Under the pieces are notes generated by a model. It was given only the letters and a program-made list of their open reading frames with translations. It ran no database searches and had not been told where the DNA came from. Position numbers and translations under genes: made by a program. A DNA stretch of 64,000 nucleotides. Origin: Bacillales bacterium UBA3789. Lineage in GTDB: Bacteria > Bacillota_I > Bacilli_A > RF39 > UBA660. Of this stretch, positions 58,852-64,000 are shown one piece after another; within the stretch, counting starts at the first letter, position 1, and each line of letters opens with the position of its first letter. The stretch spans positions 185,019 to 249,018 of the forward strand of contig DFEZ01000002.1 in NCBI GenBank assembly GCA_002369415.1, read 5' to 3'.

Positions 58852-59577
58852 ATGAATAAAATAGATACTTTAATTGACTGGATAAAGGAATCAAAAAGAA
58901 TAGTTTTCTTTGGTGGAGCTGGTGTTTCTACTGAATCTGGACTAAAAGATTTTAGAAGTAAAGATGGTCTTTATAATGAAAAATATGACTATCCTCCAGA
59001 AGAAATTTTATCTCATCATTTTTTTATTGATAAGACTCCCGAATTCTATAAGTTTTACAAAGATAAATTAAATACTAAAGGATGTAAACCTAATATTACA
59101 CATATAGTTTTAGCTGAACTTGAAAAGAAAGGTAAATTAAGTAGTGTTATAACTCAAAATATTGATGGATTTCATCAAGAAGCTGGATCTAAAAAAGTAT
59201 TAGAACTTCATGGTTCTATTAAAAGAAATTATTGTATGGACTGTGGTAAGTTCTATGATGAAGAATATGTTTTCTCAAGTGAAGGAGTTCCTCATTGTAC
59301 TTGTGGAGGTATTATTAAACCAGATGTAGTTTTATATGAAGAAGGATTAGACCCTGATACTATTAGTGAGACTATTAACGAGATTAAAAATGCTGATATG
59401 TTGATTATTGCTGGTACAAGTCTTAATGTTTATCCAGCAGCATCTTTCATCAATTACTTTAATGGTAAACATATGGTTTTAATTAATAAGTCTATTACTC
59501 CATATGATCATATGTGTGACTTAGTTCTTTATGAAAAATTAGGAGATGTATTTAGTGAAATAAAAAAGAAGATTTAA
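58852..59577 (+). CDS. NAD-dependent protein deacylase, Sir2 family (CobB-like)
   Basis: GAGVSTESGLKDFR, the zinc module CMDCG...CTCGG, and the HG motif. Confidence 0.85.
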   Translation: MNKIDTLIDWIKESKRIVFFGGAGVSTESGLKDFRSKDGLYNEKYDYPPEEILSHHFFIDKTPEFYKFYKDKLNTKGCKPNITHIVLAELEKKGKLSSVITQNIDGFHQEAGSKKVLELHGSIKRNYCMDCGKFYDEEYVFSSEGVPHCTCGGIIKPDVVLYEEGLDPDTISETINEIKNADMLIIAGTSLNVYPAASFINYFNGKHMVLINKSITPYDHMCDLVLYEKLGDVFSEIKKKI

Positions 59578-60965
59578 TCTTCTTTTTTTGCATTATGTTT
59601 AGAAATATTAAATTCTAATATATTGAATTTATTTCTTTTATCCATATTATTAAGATATGTTTTTAATGATTCTTTTTCTATTGGAAGTATTTGTCCATCT
59701 TCATTTATTTTCTTTTGTAATTTTCTTAACTGATTAATATTATCATAATTATAATTTTCTAAATAATATAGATCTATCTTTCCAGTTCTTTCATATCTTT
59801 TAATATTATTTTCTGCAATTATTCTTTCAATTGAGAAACAATTTACTAGAGAATAAACTGCTATTGTAATTATTAAATAATAAGAAACTATTTTTACTTT
59901 TTTATTAAATATATAGAATATTGTTGGAATTAATAATAGTACTTCAGTTATTAATATTATATAAACTCCTAATCTTAATACTGTATATCCATAAGCTTGT
60001 TCATATAAGAACATTCTATAGAATGAAGATACTATTATTACTAATGTTAATAATACAGTTAGTAAACTCATTATTTTTGTATAATTCTTTTCTTTTGATT
60101 TTTTAGATAAAAGAATTATTACTATATTAATTACTGATATAAACATTAATTGGAAGAATCCACTTCTTGCATAATCAGCATAATTAAATCCACTTGATAC
60201 TCTATGTAATAATAATGAATTAATTTGAATAATATCAAATACTATATAAATAATGTTTAATGTTGTTAATAGAATATTTATTGTTAATGGATCTTTTAAG
60301 CCTTTCTTTTCTTCTTCAACATTATCATCTTTATATTTTTTAGATATATAGTATAGTGTTCCTCCTAAGTAGAAGAATAATATTACAAAATTAATAATTC
60401 TTATTATTATCTTACCTATAGTTTCATCTTCTATTAATATATTAAATTTAGAAAATAAATTACCAAATATTTGATCTGCACTTATTAATAGTAAAAGTAC
60501 TACTATTACTACTGGTATTACTATAAGAAGTGATTTTAATACTTTCTTTGTATTTTGAGATATTTTACCTTTTGGTAATTCTTTAACTGATTCTTTATAG
60601 AAACTACTTATATAATCTAATGGTTTAAATACTAAGCCTAATATTTCTCTTAATACATCTAAAAATCTTTTTATTTTATCCATAGTAATTGCATACATTA
60701 AAAAATATAATGCTGGTATTACTAATATATTTAATTCATTAAAGATATTGCTATAAATAAAATATGTTGATGATAATATAATTATCGGGATTATTAATAG
60801 TAATCCTTTTTTATTTTTAATTGATTTGTTTTCTTTTAAAAAATAAATAATTGTTCCTAATAATGGAATTGTAAATAGTATTACATTGATTCCTAAACTT
60901 TGATTTACTAATAATATTGAATGTAATAAACATAATATTATTGTCATAAAAAACATTTTCTTCAT
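59574..60965 (-). CDS. Polytopic membrane protein (DUF4153-like)
   Basis: 463 aa with about 10 TM helices. Its stop is 2 nt from the HTH gene. Confidence 0.4.
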   Translation of the reverse strand: MKKMFFMTIILCLLHSILLVNQSLGINVILFTIPLLGTIIYFLKENKSIKNKKGLLLIIPIIILSSTYFIYSNIFNELNILVIPALYFLMYAITMDKIKRFLDVLREILGLVFKPLDYISSFYKESVKELPKGKISQNTKKVLKSLLIVIPVVIVVLLLLISADQIFGNLFSKFNILIEDETIGKIIIRIINFVILFFYLGGTLYYISKKYKDDNVEEEKKGLKDPLTINILLTTLNIIYIVFDIIQINSLLLHRVSSGFNYADYARSGFFQLMFISVINIVIILLSKKSKEKNYTKIMSLLTVLLTLVIIVSSFYRMFLYEQAYGYTVLRLGVYIILITEVLLLIPTIFYIFNKKVKIVSYYLIITIAVYSLVNCFSIERIIAENNIKRYERTGKIDLYYLENYNYDNINQLRKLQKKINEDGQILPIEKESLKTYLNNMDKRNKFNILEFNISKHNAKKED

Positions 60966-60966
60966 G

Positions 60967-61173
60967 TTATTTCTCCTTTTTATAATCCAAGATATCTCCT
61001 GGCTTACACTCTAATACTTCACATATTTTTTCTAGTGTAGAAAATCTTATTGCTTTTCCTTTTCCAGTTTTTAATATTGATAAATTTGCTTGAGTTATAC
61101 CTACTTTTTCAGCAAGTTCTCCAGATGACATTTTTCTTTTTGCCATCATTACATCTAAATTAACTATAATCAT
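60967..61173 (-). CDS. XRE-family helix-turn-helix transcriptional regulator (YozG-like)
   Basis: 68 aa; the HTH is LAEKVGITQANLSILKTGK. Confidence 0.8.
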   Translation of the reverse strand: MIIVNLDVMMAKRKMSSGELAEKVGITQANLSILKTGKGKAIRFSTLEKICEVLECKPGDILDYKKEK

Positions 61174-61183
61174 ATTATTCTCC

Positions 61184-61672
61184 CTATATTGTTAGATCAT
61201 TTTCTTCTTTATATTCTGTTGCTTGTAACCATAATAGACTTAGTGTCCAAAGAGCTATACCTACTCCAAAGAATAAAATGAATAAGAATAATAAAACTAT
61301 TATGTAATTTATATAGGTATTCTTAATAACAAATACCATTATTAATAAATCTATAATCCATAAAAAACTCATAGCAAATGATAAAAATCCAGTTCTTTTT
61401 AAAATATCCACATTTTTATGTGTAAAAGGTTTATTCTTTTCTAATGATTTAAACATCTTTAAGAATTGTATTCCGATTGCAACCATTAATAATCCATTTG
61501 GATATACAATTATCATTGAATAAAGAATACTATAATTATTATTTAATAAAAATGGAATTAGTATTATAACTGGTATTGCAAATACTATTCCTATAATAAC
61601 TATGTTCTTTAATATATTACCCATTTTATCTATTTCTTTTGGAAACATATAATTCCTCCTTCTTAAGTACAA
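61184..61672 (-). CDS. DUF2975-like small membrane protein
   Basis: 4 TM helices, 162 aa, immediately upstream of the XRE HTH gene. This is the canonical DUF2975 / HTH pairing. Confidence 0.5.
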   Translation of the reverse strand: MYLRRRNYMFPKEIDKMGNILKNIVIIGIVFAIPVIILIPFLLNNNYSILYSMIIVYPNGLLMVAIGIQFLKMFKSLEKNKPFTHKNVDILKRTGFLSFAMSFLWIIDLLIMVFVIKNTYINYIIVLLFLFILFFGVGIALWTLSLLWLQATEYKEENDLTI

Positions 61673-61757
61673 TTATAGATCTTAATTTTTGAAAGTCAAT
61701 AATTATTTATCGTTTTACGATAAATTGTGTAAAGTAAAAAAAGTAGAATAATCTACT

Positions 61758-63332
61758 TTAATTTAATTTAAATGTTCTTGGAGCAACTTTATAAACTAGT
61801 AATAAGCTTAATCCTATATAAACTATACAGAATAGAATTCCAAATACTGATAGTTTTAGTGAATCAAGTACTAGATTAAAGAATTGATAAGTTACTATAT
61901 ACATTATTAAGTTTACTATTGAATAAGATGCTTTCTTTACTTCCATATCTTTATTAAATGGCTGTAATAAATAATAAATTACTAAATAGTGAACTGAAAA
62001 GAACACTGATAATAACATTATGAATAAGAATGTTGTTACTAAAGTTAGTACATTATAATTATTAGTTAACATTAATAATGCTACATTACCTACTCCTATT
62101 ACAAAGGCTGGTATTAAGTTAACTTTAATTACTGTTATTAATCTTTTCTTAAATAATGCTAGTAATACTGATGGTTCTCTATAGAAATTAAATCTTAACA
62201 TCGCATGATCACAGTTAAAGAACATTGCTTGTGTTATGATTGCTCCTCTATTTATGAAATACATTATAATTATAAAGATTGCTAAATGTTTATTTAAAGT
62301 TAAGCTTGCTGCATCATAATATCTTGGAGTACTTAATACTAAGTATCCTAATCCCATATAAACAACTGCAGCAATTCCTGCCCATTTTCTAGCACTTCTT
62401 AATAGTATTTCTTTATGTCTTTCAAAGAATATTGTATTAAATAAATCATATCCTTTTTTATTTTCTATAATCTTTGTATCTATCTTTTTATCTTTTTCTT
62501 TTACTTCAACCATCGCTTGTCTTAGATAATCTTTTTCATGTTTTTCATCCATTACGTTTGTTACTCTTGTTAGATTTTTATAAATTAATTTATAATCTTT
62601 TAATCTAATTAAATATAATAATGCAGGGATTGCAATAAGTGCAAATATTGTAGTAAATACAAACATTAATTTAATTGGAATAAATAATTCTATAAATGGT
62701 GAAAAACAAGATCCAAATAGAATTAATACAATTGTAAAGTATAGTGCAGTATTTGTATACCAAATATAATGATACTTCTTATAGAACATTATATTTAATG
62801 CTTCTCCTATTATTCTTACAGATATTGTTAATATTATTAACATTAAAGCATACTGAATATTTGGTGGAGATAACAAGTAATCTATAAAGAAATATATCAT
62901 TATTGTATTTAGAATTGTACTTGTTAATAATTGAAAAAATAAGTTTGCTCTAAAATATTTAGTTCCATCCATATTAAATAAACAGATAGAAAAATATTTT
63001 TGAGTATTTGTATTTAGTTGTTTATTATTAATAAACATTCCTAAGATTGTTAATAAGAAATAAATATGAAAAAATGATTTAACTAAATTATCAGAAAAGA
63101 ACTTATAACAAATAAACATTATTACAAAGAAATACATGAATTTTAAGAATATTGATCTTACTGCAAAAAAGATAAATCCTATTAATTCTATAAATCTTTT
63201 TAGGAACTTAGATGAATAAGCATCCTTTGTTATTAAGTCTCTTAATATTGGTAATTTTCTTAAGAAATATATAAAAGAATTTACTGAATAAGCAATATCT
63301 ATTTGTAATGATTTCTTAAGAGTACTAAACAT
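61758..63332 (-). CDS. Polytopic ABC-exporter permease-like membrane protein
   Basis: 524 aa with about 12 TM helices. Its start overlaps the stop of the ABC ATPase gene. Confidence 0.5.
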   Translation of the reverse strand: MFSTLKKSLQIDIAYSVNSFIYFLRKLPILRDLITKDAYSSKFLKRFIELIGFIFFAVRSIFLKFMYFFVIMFICYKFFSDNLVKSFFHIYFLLTILGMFINNKQLNTNTQKYFSICLFNMDGTKYFRANLFFQLLTSTILNTIMIYFFIDYLLSPPNIQYALMLIILTISVRIIGEALNIMFYKKYHYIWYTNTALYFTIVLILFGSCFSPFIELFIPIKLMFVFTTIFALIAIPALLYLIRLKDYKLIYKNLTRVTNVMDEKHEKDYLRQAMVEVKEKDKKIDTKIIENKKGYDLFNTIFFERHKEILLRSARKWAGIAAVVYMGLGYLVLSTPRYYDAASLTLNKHLAIFIIIMYFINRGAIITQAMFFNCDHAMLRFNFYREPSVLLALFKKRLITVIKVNLIPAFVIGVGNVALLMLTNNYNVLTLVTTFLFIMLLSVFFSVHYLVIYYLLQPFNKDMEVKKASYSIVNLIMYIVTYQFFNLVLDSLKLSVFGILFCIVYIGLSLLLVYKVAPRTFKLN

Positions 63333-64000
63333 TTTCTTCGTCTTCTTTCAATGCTTTAATAATCTTATCTTTATATTTCTTTGTACTTAAATCTTCTTTT
63401 TTCATTAATTCAAATTGTTTATTACTTAGAACTACTATTTCATCACATAAGTCTAATGCTAATTCTAGAATATGTGTTGAAAAGATAATTATATGATCTT
63501 TTTTTAATCCTTTTAATAGATTCTTCATTTCTTCTTGAACTACAATATCAAGTGAAGTTAATGGTTCATCTAATAATATTATTTTTGGATTAGCTATTAT
63601 ATTTATTAATAATTGGATTTTGTTTTTCATACCATGAGAGTACTCTTTTAATAAAATATCTTGATCATTTTTATCTAATTTTACTAAATCAAAATAATAA
63701 TCTATATCTTTTAAATCTGGTATTTTATCTTTATTAATATCAATAAAGAATTGTAAGAATTCTCTTCCTGTTAAGAATTCTGGTACTGTAGGAGTTGATA
63801 CTACATAACCAATATCTTTAGTTTGTAATTTATTTCTACCATATTCATCATTTAAATAGAATACTCCTCTATCTATATCAATGTCTTCATTTAAGGCATT
63901 AAAGAATGTTGTTTTACCAGCACCATTTCTTCCTAATAGTCCATATATTTTTCCTTGTTCAAATTCAAAATCTATGTCTTTTAATACTTCTTTATCTCCA
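63325..64000 (-). CDS. ABC transporter ATP-binding protein, N-terminus beyond the window edge
   Basis: Translating upstream of the track ORF in the same frame gives Walker A GLLGRNGAGKTT, the signature YSHGMKNK and Walker B ILLDEP. The frame is open to nt 64000. Confidence 0.8.
   Translation of the reverse strand, partial: GDKEVLKDIDFEFEQGKIYGLLGRNGAGKTTFFNALNEDIDIDRGVFYLNDEYGRNKLQTKDIGYVVSTPTVPEFLTGREFLQFFIDINKDKIPDLKDIDYYFDLVKLDKNDQDILLKEYSHGMKNKIQLLINIIANPKIILLDEPLTSLDIVVQEEMKNLLKGLKKDHIIIFSTHILELALDLCDEIVVLSNKQFELMKKEDLSTKKYKDKIIKALKEDEENV

Noticed and set aside
58852-59577. Sir2 gene as part of a Sir2-HerA-type defence system
   Set aside because: It is a canonical CobB-type sirtuin with a Zn module, transcribed alone on the plus strand 41 kb from the HerA-like gene, with no adjacent effector partner.

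Overview
This 64 kb window is an AT-rich (roughly 27% GC) chromosomal segment from a cell-walled Firmicute; it may be Erysipelotrichia-like, but that is a guess from tRNA and protein features. Most genes are on the minus strand, and gene density is high with short intergenic regions. Coordinates for CDS features include the stop codon, following the ORF track.

Housekeeping content:
- A cell-division cluster: SEDS FtsW/RodA, SepF and DivIVA.
- Peptidoglycan synthesis genes: Ddl and a MurF-like ligase.
- Aminoacyl-tRNA synthetases: a type-2-like IleRS downstream of a T-box leader with an Ile (AUC) specifier and a Na+/Ca2+ antiporter gene, and AsnRS.
- Central metabolism and general enzymes: Pgi, a PAP2 phosphatase, an RluA pseudouridine synthase and a GH3 hexosaminidase.
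- An ABC-F ATPase, a Sir2 deacetylase, and a DUF2975 / HTH-XRE / membrane-protein module.
- A two-gene ABC exporter at the 3' edge of the window.

RNA genes I could fold by eye, nine in total:
- tRNA-Arg(TCT)
- tRNA-Ser(GCT)
- a tRNA-Ile(GAT) / tRNA-Asn(GTT) / tRNA-Glu(TTC) operon
- tRNA-Lys(CTT) on the plus strand
- a tRNA-Gly(GCC) / tRNA-Cys(GCA) pair

Unusual content:
1. A ~630-nt ORF-free region at 55574-56200 that is GC-enriched, has a perfect TTGACA-N17-TATAAT promoter and an intrinsic terminator, and sits immediately upstream of a small 4-TM membrane protein carrying a DxxxD motif. I read this as a large structured ncRNA of the OLE/OapA type or a related class.
2. A HerA/FtsK-superfamily ATPase with a Gln-rich repeat tail, paired with an orphan PP2C phosphatase and inserted between asnS and sepF.
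3. A translationally coupled pair of mTERF-like proteins with about 24 tandem 26-residue repeats.
4. A 2547-aa cyclic beta-1,2-glucan-synthase-like giant protein (GT2/GT84-type glycosyltransferase plus GH94).
5. A WXG100 (EsxA/EsxB-like) gene pair embedded in a tRNA cluster.
6. A Pro-rich, tail-anchored 786-aa repeat protein with small upstream partner genes.
7. A MurF whose N-terminal domain is replaced by a polytopic membrane domain.
8. A PfkB-kinase / IMPase-phosphatase fusion.

No CRISPR array, integrase or transposase was seen.
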